Below, piece after piece: positions 9,558-20,352 of a stretch of DNA of 32,032 nucleotides. The position numbers were made by a program, and so were the translations under genes. Location: the NCBI GenBank assembly GCA_021432655.1, contig MU271255.1, positions 87,201-119,232 of the forward strand, read 5' to 3'. Source of the stretch: Atractiella rhizophila (Eukaryota). Position 1 is the stretch's first letter. Each line of letters opens with the position of its first letter. The notes under the pieces are model-generated. The model searched no databases and was not told the origin of the DNA. It saw only the letters and a program-made list of their open reading frames with translations.

Positions 9558-11059
9558 TCAGCCTTGAACCGAATCCTTCGTAATCTCATCCCTATCTCTT
9601 CCATCAGAGATCTCCGGTCAACGTGCAAGATGAGCGCTAGACGGACCTCTTTTCCGCATTTTCGAGTGTCTCAACATTGACCATCACACCTGGATAACTG
9701 ACACGCAACCACCCCTCCATATCAGGTGTTCGAAAGTTTGGAGCTGCATTCCCGCATCCACCGCCGTCACCACTTCTCTTGCCGCCTCCGTCCTGGGAGT
9801 TTGGATCGGGAGCCACAGTTCTAAGGTGGAGAACAATGCGAGAAGCCATCATCGTGGTGAATGTTACAGTAAGCGGTCCGTTCAACGTTCGGTTAGGTTG
9901 CCCAGGGATGCTGTTGTCCAGGTTGGCGGTCAGTTTTACATGGTCGGCTTGCAAAGGCGGGGAAGGACAGTACAAGAAGTATATCACGTTGATGAGGTTG
10001 CAGAGAGATACGATGACGAAGTAAAGGAGCCCATCGCGTAAGAAGACTGAGAGGAGCCGCGAACGAGTTGGATTAGGTCCCTGGATGATTGGTGTCCTGT
10101 ACTGAGATTCAGCAACTAGTACAATCTGCAATTAGGAAGATGTTAAATGTGATTTACATGAGCATAAATGCCGTAGCTGTCGCGTCGTAGAGCAGAAGTG
10201 GGACCCTACCGTTGCCCCCATCAATCTGACTACTCGATACAGTTAAAGCACAAACCAATAGACCCAAATGTGGCTGTAAGGAGCATCAGCTTGGCTGCGT
10301 CACGTTGAGAAAGAAATAGATCACTTCTGGCCTCCGCTCGCAGTGATGCATCCCCTCAACCCTGACAGCCTATGGAGCCGTTATCGTATCTTCCATAATT
10401 ATTGAAAACTTACAAAGGCAATGCTTTATTCGGCGCAAATGCCCAGATCTGAAGAGCAGTACCACAGATTGCAAATGTTGCAAAGAACCAAGCAATCCAT
10501 TTCCGACGGTTCCACACTACCCACACCCTCGCACCAAGCAGGAAGTTGCAATTCACTGTAACCATTCACATGTGTCACTTTCCGCGGACATGGGTTGTGA
10601 GAAGGGAACGAACGAAAGAGAATGGTGGTCGCAATAGGTTCGAGAATGTGAATCTTGGCGCACGTCTTTGGGTTGATTTCGGACCAGCCGAGATACATCG
10701 CTTGGACAAAGACCAGGAGACTCCAGTAGCTTCAAGTCCCTCACATAAGCCTTCTACCTACCCAGCACATGAGATCATACCGGTTGAAGAAGAAGGCGAA
10801 TCGAACTGGCGTCCAGCGGTCCGCCTTCCATAGCGACTTATATTCGTTAGGGAAAGTAAGGATAAAATCCCAGGCGTAAATAGCAAAGCAAGCTATTCTC
10901 CAGTCAGCAGAGCTTAGTGTCGGAGGGAGAAGAGAGGAAACCGGTGATATAGGTACGACCCGCAGAAAGGGCTTCCTCCACAGCTGCACGTTGGAGAGCG
11001 AGATCAAGCTGTTCTTGAACTGTAGGACTCGAACTTGCTGAAGCAGCTGTTGAAGCCAT
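9558..11059 (-). CDS. Multi-pass membrane protein of the basidiomycete DUF6533 (GPCR-like) family
   Basis: N-terminal ACFAIYAWDFILTFPNEYKSLWKADRWTPVRFAFFFNRY and C-terminal LLSVFLRDGLLYFVIVSLCNLINVI...TTMMASRIVLHLR are typical family motifs. Many short introns; both termini are approximate. Confidence 0.75.
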
Positions 11060-12337
11060 AGCGTCACCTGCGAGGAAAATATCAGTTCAAAGCTGGCTGC
11101 GTCCTTTTCAGTGTTATTTCAGTATGTAACCAAATGCAGCTGGCCCAGTCCTTCTACGAGGCGCTCTGAGAAAGATCACGACGAGATCGAGACTATTCAA
11201 CTTGCGCACATAATAATAAGAACCTCCGCCATGATGGACCGAGCTGGACCCCCACCACTACAAGTCCCCAAGGCTTTGCTCCGTCGGTACTTCCGAGACA
11301 CAGAAACAGCCACAGGATTCTCAAAGCAACAGGCAACAGCTGAGTCAAGTTCGGCGCTATCACCTTCTCTCGGAGCAAGCAGAGATGAACATTTGTCAGG
11401 CGATATTTGTGACCGCCATTGACGTCGTTCCGTCGTTCCGTTCTCACTATCCTTTACAATGGTCACAAATTGGAAGAAAGCTGACACGCTCATTGTTATT
11501 GTATGGAATAGATCCTCATCTGAAAGGCAAAGGCTATAGACTGTTGGCATATGTTCATATTTAGGCGTTTCAACACCCACTCTGATTAGGCGCCGTCAAA
11601 CTTACTAGAGGTTCCTCAAGGGATCAGAGGGGCTTCGCTAAGTCAATGGACTAAGCTTGCCACGTATCTCCCAGATAGATCAACTCTCTAGGTTCAGCTC
11701 TTGAGCTCTGAAGCTGACATGCCGTTTCAACTGACAATGAAAGGCTCCCGTTGACCCCTTTCTTTCGAGGTGGACACTGGAGACGAAGAAGTGATGCAGA
11801 CCCACTCCTAATCCTTCTCGTCACAGTCATCTTCCCCTTTAACTCTTTAGACGCTCCCTATTCCTTGCCTTAGAGATACGTTGGACTGCATCAAAAGCGT
11901 TCCTATATTCGCCCTAAAGTCGCCAATGCGTTTTGCTGGAGTAGAGCGACTGCACGTGCCTCATTTTAGCAACAAAGAACCGCGGAAGCAAACCCGGCCG
12001 TCAATTAGCTTGTCGACGCTTTCATCTCGTTCGACAGAGTTGCTGCAACCAGCGTCCTTGAGGAGACCGAGGGTCGGTGGACGTAGAGGCGATAAAGATG
12101 TTTGTTGGATGATGTGTTGTCACTTTCCCTGCCCACAAGTCACTGGTGAGTGGTCAGTGATGCCCCTGAGTGGAATTTGACATCAAAAACCCTATTTCCT
12201 GGGGGGAATGGTGCAGGAAAGCTCCCAGTCGTTGTTGATGAATTGAAGTAGTTGGATCAAAGAAAAGACAGTGGAGACTGCCAACGAATCAACCGAGTTG
12301 CTCTTTCGTCCGAGTCCACGACATCAGAAACACCGTC

Positions 12338-14224
12338 ATGAAGAAGCGCAACTTCTCTATCACCACAAGACCGCCGCATCATCGCGCCCGCTCCTCTCAG
12401 ACCTTCCAGCGGTTTCTGTCGTCCATCTTTCGTCCCCATCGTGCGCTTACATTCTCCTCCGTCTTCTCAAAACGTCCCTCCCAGCCCTCCTCACCAATCC
12501 AATGGCTTCCTCCAGAAATCCTCACGCTTATATTCGAATTTCTGGTATCCGCCGAACCCGCCTCTTCCACCTCCAGCGCTAGGGCATACTCGTTACCGAA
12601 ACCTGGTAGGGTCTGCTTGTTGTGGTATGAGATCATCAGCCGGCTGTGGTTGAGGAACTTCAGCTGCGTTCACACTCGAGGCACACAATTTTTGGAAGAC
12701 TATCTCTCGCGACATTCGGAGGTGGAATCGAGATACTTGACGGAGGAGAGTGGGAGGAATTCGTGGATTCGCGATCTGACCATTGTTGGATTTCAAACTT
12801 GGAGGGATATCGTGAGACTGCTGAAATTACTCAAATCTTCTAATGGAGGGAAACTCTTCAAGTTGCGTATGGAGGTGCCGGCCATGTTGGATGACGATTA
12901 TGGGTTGGACGTGGGGGAGGAAAGTGGGATGATTGCGTGGCCGACCTTGTTCATGAACCATCTCACCTGCCTCAAGATAGAAATTATTCGATGGCACCGG
13001 GATCATCGTCAACCGTCGACTAACGAGCTCCTAGCCGACCACATTGTGCGTTGGATGTGCACCTGTTTACCATCTCTACAGATCCTACGTCTCGGCGGCG
13101 GCTGGGAGAGCGACAGTTTCCGTCTGCCACCGTCTGAAAACACCTACTTCCGTCAATTCCCTCCCCTGCTCTCCATCTCCTTTCATGGTTGGCTCGGTTC
13201 CTCAACCAACTTCCAATCCCTCTTCTCCACTGCGTCCCAGCCAAACCTCTCCTCTCTCTCCCTTTCAGCAGGTCCAGACAACAGCGGAACCATCCGTTTC
13301 CTAGTCGACACATTCGCGCACTCTCTTACCCAGCTACGTATAATTTACTGCCGCCCAGACTCCGCGAATTTCCTAGAGCTACTGCTCAGAGGCCTGACTC
13401 GACTCAAACGCTTCGACTATGTCGGTTTCTCTAGCCTCTCCGCATGGGCATCGGACTCTCGTCCTCTTTCCTCCCCCTCCCGGATCTCAGATTCGCTCCA
13501 ACTGATCTGTCTCTACCCCCTAGGTAGACGGCCCGCGTTGATAGACACTCTTGCTTCTGTCAAGTTCAAGCAACTGTTTCCCAAGCTGGAGACGATAAGA
13601 GTGGCACGGCAGAGGAGCGACCCGATATTCCGTCAATTCCCTCCCCTGCTCTCCATCTCCTTTCATGGTTGGCTCGGTTCCTCAACCAACTTCCAATCCC
13701 TCTTCTCCTCTGCGTCCCAGCCAAACCTCTCCTCTCTCTCCCTTTCAGCAGGTCCAGACAACAGCGGAACCATTCGTTTCCTAGTCGACACATTCGCGCA
13801 CTCTCTTACCCAACTACGAATAATTTACTGCCGCCCCGACTCCGTGAATTTCTTGGAGCTACTGCTCAGAGGTCTCACTCGACTCAAACGCTTCGACTAT
13901 GTCGGTTTCTCCAGCCTCTCCGCATGGGCATCGGACTCTCGTCCTCTTTCCTCCCCTTCTCGGATCTCAGATTCCCTCCAACTGATTTGTCTCTACCCCC
14001 TGGGTAGACGACCCGCGTTGATAGACACTCTTGCTTCTGTCAAGTTCAAGCAACTGTTTCCCAAGCTGGAGACGATAAGAGTGGCACGGCAGAGGAGCGA
14101 CCCGATCGGAATGGAGTTGAAGGAGATCGCGAGGGAGATGGACCTCAAGAAGTCGTTGGAGAGTCATAAGATCGTGATGGAGATTGTCACTGATGTCGGT
14201 GACGAATTGGTTGCTGATTGGTGA
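12338..14224 (+). CDS. F-box-like / LRR(RNI)-like protein, 628 aa, single exon, with an internal 160-aa tandem duplication
   Basis: Uninterrupted ORF. PIQWLPPEILTLIFEFL...RVCLLWYEI is F-box-like. LxxLxL motifs downstream (LPSLQILRL, LSSLSL, LTQLRI, FPKLETIRV). Confidence 0.75.
   Translation: MKKRNFSITTRPPHHRARSSQTFQRFLSSIFRPHRALTFSSVFSKRPSQPSSPIQWLPPEILTLIFEFLVSAEPASSTSSARAYSLPKPGRVCLLWYEIISRLWLRNFSCVHTRGTQFLEDYLSRHSEVESRYLTEESGRNSWIRDLTIVGFQTWRDIVRLLKLLKSSNGGKLFKLRMEVPAMLDDDYGLDVGEESGMIAWPTLFMNHLTCLKIEIIRWHRDHRQPSTNELLADHIVRWMCTCLPSLQILRLGGGWESDSFRLPPSENTYFRQFPPLLSISFHGWLGSSTNFQSLFSTASQPNLSSLSLSAGPDNSGTIRFLVDTFAHSLTQLRIIYCRPDSANFLELLLRGLTRLKRFDYVGFSSLSAWASDSRPLSSPSRISDSLQLICLYPLGRRPALIDTLASVKFKQLFPKLETIRVARQRSDPIFRQFPPLLSISFHGWLGSSTNFQSLFSSASQPNLSSLSLSAGPDNSGTIRFLVDTFAHSLTQLRIIYCRPDSVNFLELLLRGLTRLKRFDYVGFSSLSAWASDSRPLSSPSRISDSLQLICLYPLGRRPALIDTLASVKFKQLFPKLETIRVARQRSDPIGMELKEIAREMDLKKSLESHKIVMEIVTDVGDELVADW
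13148..14106 (+). repeat. Direct tandem duplication, 2 x 480 bp, in frame
   Basis: 13148-13626 versus 13628-14106: 17 mismatches by manual count (about 96.5% identity), no indels. Confidence 0.97.
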
Positions 14225-14705
14225 ATTTTCAGTTTCGGTGCTCAGGTCCGTCTCCTTGTTTTTCTGTGTAGGAAACGGAGCTGATTGAGCTGTATGCAGC
14301 TTCGTTGTTGTTTGTTGATTACCTCTAGTTGAGATTCCTTCCCATCCGTTTCATTTACAGCAACCATCGCAGAGAGCTCAGTTTGATTTGCCTTCACGGA
14401 TTTGCAATAGTCTTCTACACTAATAATGCTCTCCTCCTAGATAAAGAAATACATCCTGATCTCCTTTTCACTTTTGCTACTAATAACCTGGATAGTAATG
14501 AATTTCCATAACTAGCAAAGTGCCTCGAATCTGTAAGGAACAAGGCATAAATTGACTCCTTCCTTTTACTACGTTTGCAAATTTGTCTGCCATTATTTAC
14601 CCTCCTATGCGCCCAGCCAATCAATCACTCGAAGTTCGAAAGCGAAACAGAAAGTGAATCGGTCCAGTGAGTCATGTCGAGACCAAACATCAACGACGAC
14701 TCAAG

Positions 14706-16242
14706 ATGGATCCAACACTTCCACTGGTGCTTGACCTCGGGACAGGGTTCATTAAAGCGGGGTATGCGGGCCAGAGTGCGTATCTTTGCCGTGTCCTTGA
14801 TATCAGGATGGTGGTAATGGGTATGGGTAGACTTCCCAACGCACACCTTCCCCTCCATCGTTGGACGACCCATCCTTCGTGCAGAGGAGCGCTCTTCTCT
14901 CTCCGCTTCCACCAATATGCCAATCCAGGACATAATGTTCGGAGACCTTGCCTCTACCTACCGTTCTTATCTCCAAATTACCCAGCCTCTCGAACATGGC
15001 ATCGTCCGGAACTGGTCGGACATGCGTCTCCTCTTCGACTACACCTTTCAAGAGAAATTCAAACTCGGACAGGGTGGTTGCAAGGATAAGAAGATCCTTC
15101 TTACCGAGCCCCCGTTCAACCCGAAAAGGAATAGGGAACAGATGTTTGAGGAGATGATCGAGCATTTCGGCTTTGAGGGAGTCTATGTTGCGATTCAGGC
15201 CGTCTTGACTCTTTATGCACAAGGACTTCAGACGGGTTTGGTTATGGATTCGGGAGATGGGGTAACTCACGTTGTCCCGGTGTACGATGGCTTCTCCCTG
15301 CCGCATTTGACGAAGCGTCTCGACGTCGCTGGTCGGGATGTCACTCGGTACTTGATCAAACTTCTGTTATTACGAGGATACGCTTTCAATCGGTCTGCTT
15401 TCCAATCTTCTTCCATATGTGCTGGATAGTAAGGGGCTGAAGCAATATTGCCTGTGGTGCAGGACGGCGGATTTTGAGACGGTGAGGGGAATCAAAGAGA
15501 AGCTCTGTTACGTCTCGTACGATCTTGCGTTAGACAAGAAGCTAGCGGAAGAAACAACTTGCCTCGTTGAGAATTACACTGTGCGTCTCTTCTTCGGCCA
15601 GGTTTCCGGGATATCGAGAGACATTGGGGACAGCTCCCAGATGGAAGGGTGATCAAAGTCGGCTCGGAGCGGTATGAGGCGCCGGAATGCATGTTTCAAC
15701 CTCATCTGGTGGATGTGGAACAAGTGGGATGCGCTGGTCAGTCTTCCAGCTTCTGCAACTCGACATGGACCTGTTAACATATTGCTAATTGCAGAGTTGA
15801 TATTCAATACCATCCAAGCCTCACCCGTCGACATACGTTCCGATCTCTACAAACACATCGTCCTTTCAGGTGGATCTTCCATGTATCCTGGACTTCCTTC
15901 GAGACTCGAGAAGGAGATCAAGCAACTCTATCTCACAAGAGTGCTGAACGGGGATCCGACACGACTCAAGGTTTGTATTCTTGCGTCCTCGCAGATAACG
16001 GTGGCTGATCCAGTAGTAAACAGCAATTCAAGATTAAGATAGAGGATCCGCCTACTAGGAAACATATGGTCTTCCTGGGTGGCGCGGTGTTGGCTAGCAT
16101 CATGAAGGACAAACAGAACTTCTGGTCCGTACCCTATCGACTAGTCTTCTTGGGTATCACACTCACGTTGCATGTTTTGAATAGGATCACGAGGGAAGAA
16201 TGGGCGGAGATGGGTGTCCGTGCGCTAGACAGGCTGAGGTAG
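14706..16242 (+). CDS. ARP2: Actin-related protein 2 (Arp2/3 complex)
   Basis: [158 protein letters not shown]. The extreme 3' end is approximate. Confidence 0.97.
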
Positions 16243-16653
16243 GCACTGCTGGCCAGCGAGGTTGGACCTGTGAGGAAGGAAGCGAAGTAAAGGAGAGAAA
16301 CAAAGATACTGGAGAAGGATGGCGTACACTGTGCTACGAAACACATGTGTGGAATAGAGGCATTGTATTATGAAAAAATTGTGGATTGTACTTTGTCCTG
16401 ACTTTGTCACGTTCCCTCTGTTGTTGAGTTCAGTTAGAGGAGTTGCTCATGTGACCATGACGTAGTATCCATATGGACATGAAAATAATAGTATCGTCCA
16501 CCACTCCCTGAAGTACTAAATTTCTGAAATTTGAATATTTGCCAGGCAAGAGGGACTAACGATAAGGATATCTTTCCGCGAAGTTGCTGATGTTGTGAGT
16601 GCTCGTAATTATCTGTGTATACGCTGAGCAACATTTCCTGCAGACTACAGACA

Positions 16654-18861
16654 ATGTTTCCACGATTCAGCTCAGGTTCACGACAGCTCACACGCCAGCT
16701 GCCTCGCCTTTCGCGCACCTATGGAGTGCACGCCAACTCTTTTACGGATGCACCTGCGCAAGGCCAGAGGCAACTGCAAGAGGGACAAGAATATGCATCT
16801 CACATGGGTGTCTTGAATTCTTTAGGTTCGTTCACTTTCTCATTTTTGTTGGCAATGATATGGATTCTAACGGTTTGTTCATGGATGATTGCAGAGGGTT
16901 ACGCTCGTTATTTTAGGTCATTCGTTCGTAGGCTGAACCAAAGACAGATAAGATGGCGAGCGATGCCGGGAAAGACACCCTGAGGAATCATGGAATTTCA
17001 AGGCTTCGAGGTGCTGGTGAGCTACCTCATATATCGCCTTGAGACATGATTTCGTTGTGGGGACTGTCAAAGTCTGTTGACCATTGCCAAGGCTTTACAA
17101 GCTTGGACTGAGGCTCACCAATCTGGGTGATAATAACTCAATCGCATAATGCTTGCTTAGCATCATTTCAGCTCAAAACTTCAGATATTGACATATATAA
17201 GCATAGGTTACTGGGCAGAGACTCGCCGTCGAAGTCTCAGCTCCCACTCGGGGGACCTCTCAGAAGCAACACCAACCCTCCCACCTTTTCCAGAAAGCAA
17301 GCCGATCTCGTCCTCCTACACCACCTTTACACTTCCCTTCTCGAAAGATCCCGCTTTGCATGAAGTCTATGTTGGAGGAATGACGAGCGTTCGGATGGGA
17401 AGGTTGATGGAGGACTTTGACACACTCGCCGGTTCGATTGCTTATAATCACTGTTTGCCGGATGGATATGGAGCGCAGGATGCGAGGAAGTTTGGAATTT
17501 ACGTCGTTACTGCAGCAGTCGATCGGTGAAGCTACTCCTTCTGTGACGACTTTGAATGAGAAGAGCTGACAAGAGGGGTAAAAGACTGGATATGCTACAT
17601 CCTATTTCTGCCGAGGAGCCAGAAGATCTTCAACTTTCGGGATATGTGGCCAATGTTGGGAAATCGAGCATGTCGATCTTTGTTCGCCTTGCGTCTCTTT
17701 CTTCAGGCACGCCGAAAACCCTCCTTCACGGACGATTCACGATGGCTTGCCGCAACCTAAAGACGGGAAAATCCCACCCAGTCCCCCAATTACGTCTGGA
17801 AACGGAAGATGAAAGGCGTGTGGCGGAGTTCGCGAAGAGATTGAAGGAAGCAAAGAGCGGAGGGGGAGGGACGGTTAGGGACGTAGGCCCGAATGAGAGA
17901 GAGTCTAAGGCGCTTCATGATTTGTTCCTTGGGAAAGAGACGAAAAATTGGTTCGATAATCGTGCTACGAGTCCGAAGGAAGTTGTGTGGACGCGGGATA
18001 CCAAAAAGGTCAGTTGCCTCATGATGCACCCGCAGGTAAGTTCTTTTTTTCAGGATTCAAGGGAGAGTTGTTGACTATGAGAAGGAAAGGAACGTTCACG
18101 TATGTTCAATCTTACAATGCGGAATACTTCTCATCCTTTCCATTGAGTAGGGCAAGATATTTGGTGGTTGGTCATTTTATGGTCTTATTACCAACCTCTC
18201 ATCACGCGTCAACAGGTTACCTTATGAGGTCGGCCAGCTATCGCGACTTGGAACCATCTAATCTTATATTAGACTGGCTTACGAGACAGCCTGGACAACT
18301 GCCTCACTCTTTGCGCGATCCGCCGTGAACTTCCTCTCCCTTGAGTACGTTCTTTGCCTCCTCTCACCTATTAAGTCTAATTCCTGCCGAAAGTGAACTG
18401 TCATTTCACAAACCGGTGGAAATAGGTTCTCTTCTGCAGCTCGCCTCGACAGTGGTTTTTTCGCCCACTGTGGGACAGCATAAGAGCTTTCAGGTAAATG
18501 TTGAAGGTGTGTTTCAGTAGTTAACCATGGTGGCTGTAAGTGAATGGAGAAACCTGGATAGCGACGACTATCAAGCTTCCGATGGGCGAGGAGATTGTCA
18601 CAAATACGTTTTCATTTACCTTTGAGAGCAGAGACTACCTCGACCGATACGTTTTGCCAAGAAGCTACCGTTCGCTACCTGCCACCTTTCTCTCTTAGTT
18701 GACAACTGATAGTATTTTAGGTGAATCGATAGATTGGCTTGATGCTATTAGGTACGTCCATTTAGTCAGAAGGAACAGTGCAGAAACTGAGCCACAGGGT
18801 TACATGCAGGAGGCGGCGGACCGGGATCAAAATTCGGAACTTGTACGAAAATCTGCCTTAG
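16654..18861 (+). CDS. Double hotdog-fold acyl-CoA thioesterase (ACOT9-like), probably mitochondrial
   Basis: R/S-rich, acid-free N-terminus MFPRFSSGSRQLTRQLPRLSRTY. Motifs VRMGRLMEDFDTLAGSIAYNH, VVTAAVDR|LD, VANVGKSSM, HPQ|ERNVH|GKIFG|GYLMR|LAYETAW and FHKPVEIGSLL. Many introns; the N-terminal exon structure is uncertain. Confidence 0.88.
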
Positions 18862-19186
18862 AGTTGTATTATTACCTTTCACTCAGAGACCAGTATTGTT
18901 AGAGTATTTTATCCCTCACTTATGATGGCTCAGTGATCGAAATGTAGCCAATTGCGATAGGTTCCATCGACAACCCCGTAAGGATTGAGGATTCATTGCA
19001 CGGCAGGAGCGAAGCAGGTCCCGAGGGCTGATGCACGCTTAAGTGATAGGACGGTTTGATTCCAATCGTGACTATGCTACATCCCCTCCGACAATAGCAG
19101 CATAGGTTATCGAATCCAAAGTTGGTCGAAGTAGGTCCCTGATACATTAGCATCTAGCATCTGACTAATTCCCTTGTCCTTGATAG

Positions 19187-19658
19187 ATGCCAGTTTATGG
19201 CGGCCTTATTGTTAACCACGCGACTATCTTAGAGTGGGCAGAAGTCCGCCTTCCTGAAGAAGACCCCGAAGAAGTGCCAGAAGGAAGTATGAGGCACCCT
19301 CTTTGGTGCCTGAAACTAGCGAGGAATGATGTCTCATCTTACCATGTTCGCATCCTACCCTTGCCATGTGCTCCCGACACACCTGAAGACCAGTACCTTT
19401 ACGTGATTGCCTGTGGCCAATCCGCTTATCAGGGCTTCACAAACAAATCTTTCGCAGCATTGGGATATGATCAAAGCAAAGTTCCTATCCCAGGACCACC
19501 CAGTCCGTGGGTTTCTTTTGCTGAGGATGTGTTGAAGAAACGGGGTGTGTCTCACTCCCTCAGAATGAGCTTGGACTAAGGCTGTACATGTGGCTGAAAG
19601 TTTGCAGCATGAGGGATACAAAAGTGTCTTTGTTCTCAACTATACTGCTAAAAACTGA
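19187..19658 (+). CDS. Hypothetical protein, about 135 aa
   Basis: 130-codon ORF with globular-looking composition (MPVYGGLIVNHATILEWAE...). A possible spliced tail HEGYKSVFVLNYTAKN* ends at 19658. The ATG directly follows a branch-point and acceptor-like sequence. Confidence 0.5.
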
Positions 19659-20352
19659 ACTATCTACATGTGTACATTGAGTTTGAGAGTTTCCTTGATG
19701 TCGCAGTGAAATCTCATTCCTTACCTCCCAAATTGTTTCCTTCAATCTGTTTCCTATCCCTCTCAGTGAAGGGTGAACACTGATTGGAGGCATGCATGGG
19801 GGAGAGGTGGAGAGCATTTGAGAAAGTGAGGCGACATTTGGTGGAGGAGGTTCAAATGATCTCACGTGAGCTTTCAGAAGAAAAAGCTGAGGCAGGAGTA
19901 CTTGTTTCCGTCAAGCAGTCATCCGGCATCATTTTACTTAGAAATGTTCTTAAATACTATCCCTATGTTTCGAAGCTGCCTGGAATCGCGCTGACAAGAG
20001 GAAAGAACACCATGGGTATCATTGATTCCTCGCAAGACTGACAATGTTACCCATCACTGATGAACTTTTGGAGCTCAGGAGCATTAAACTACTGGAGGTG
20101 CCATCGACAAATCCCCCTGAGGACTCAAATTATGACACTAGCAAAATCGCAGACTGGGCAGGAGCACAATAGTGGAAGGACGGTTTTGATTCCAATCAAA
20201 CCAAAAAATGTTGTAAAACAGCAGAGAAATCAATCGAAGAATCTGAGACAAAACAACAATCTGAATGAGACGTGTGGGAGTTTAAACAAGTACCGAAGAC
20301 AGAGCTCGTTACCGTTATCAATGCAACACTTTGTTGAAGACAATCAAAGTTA

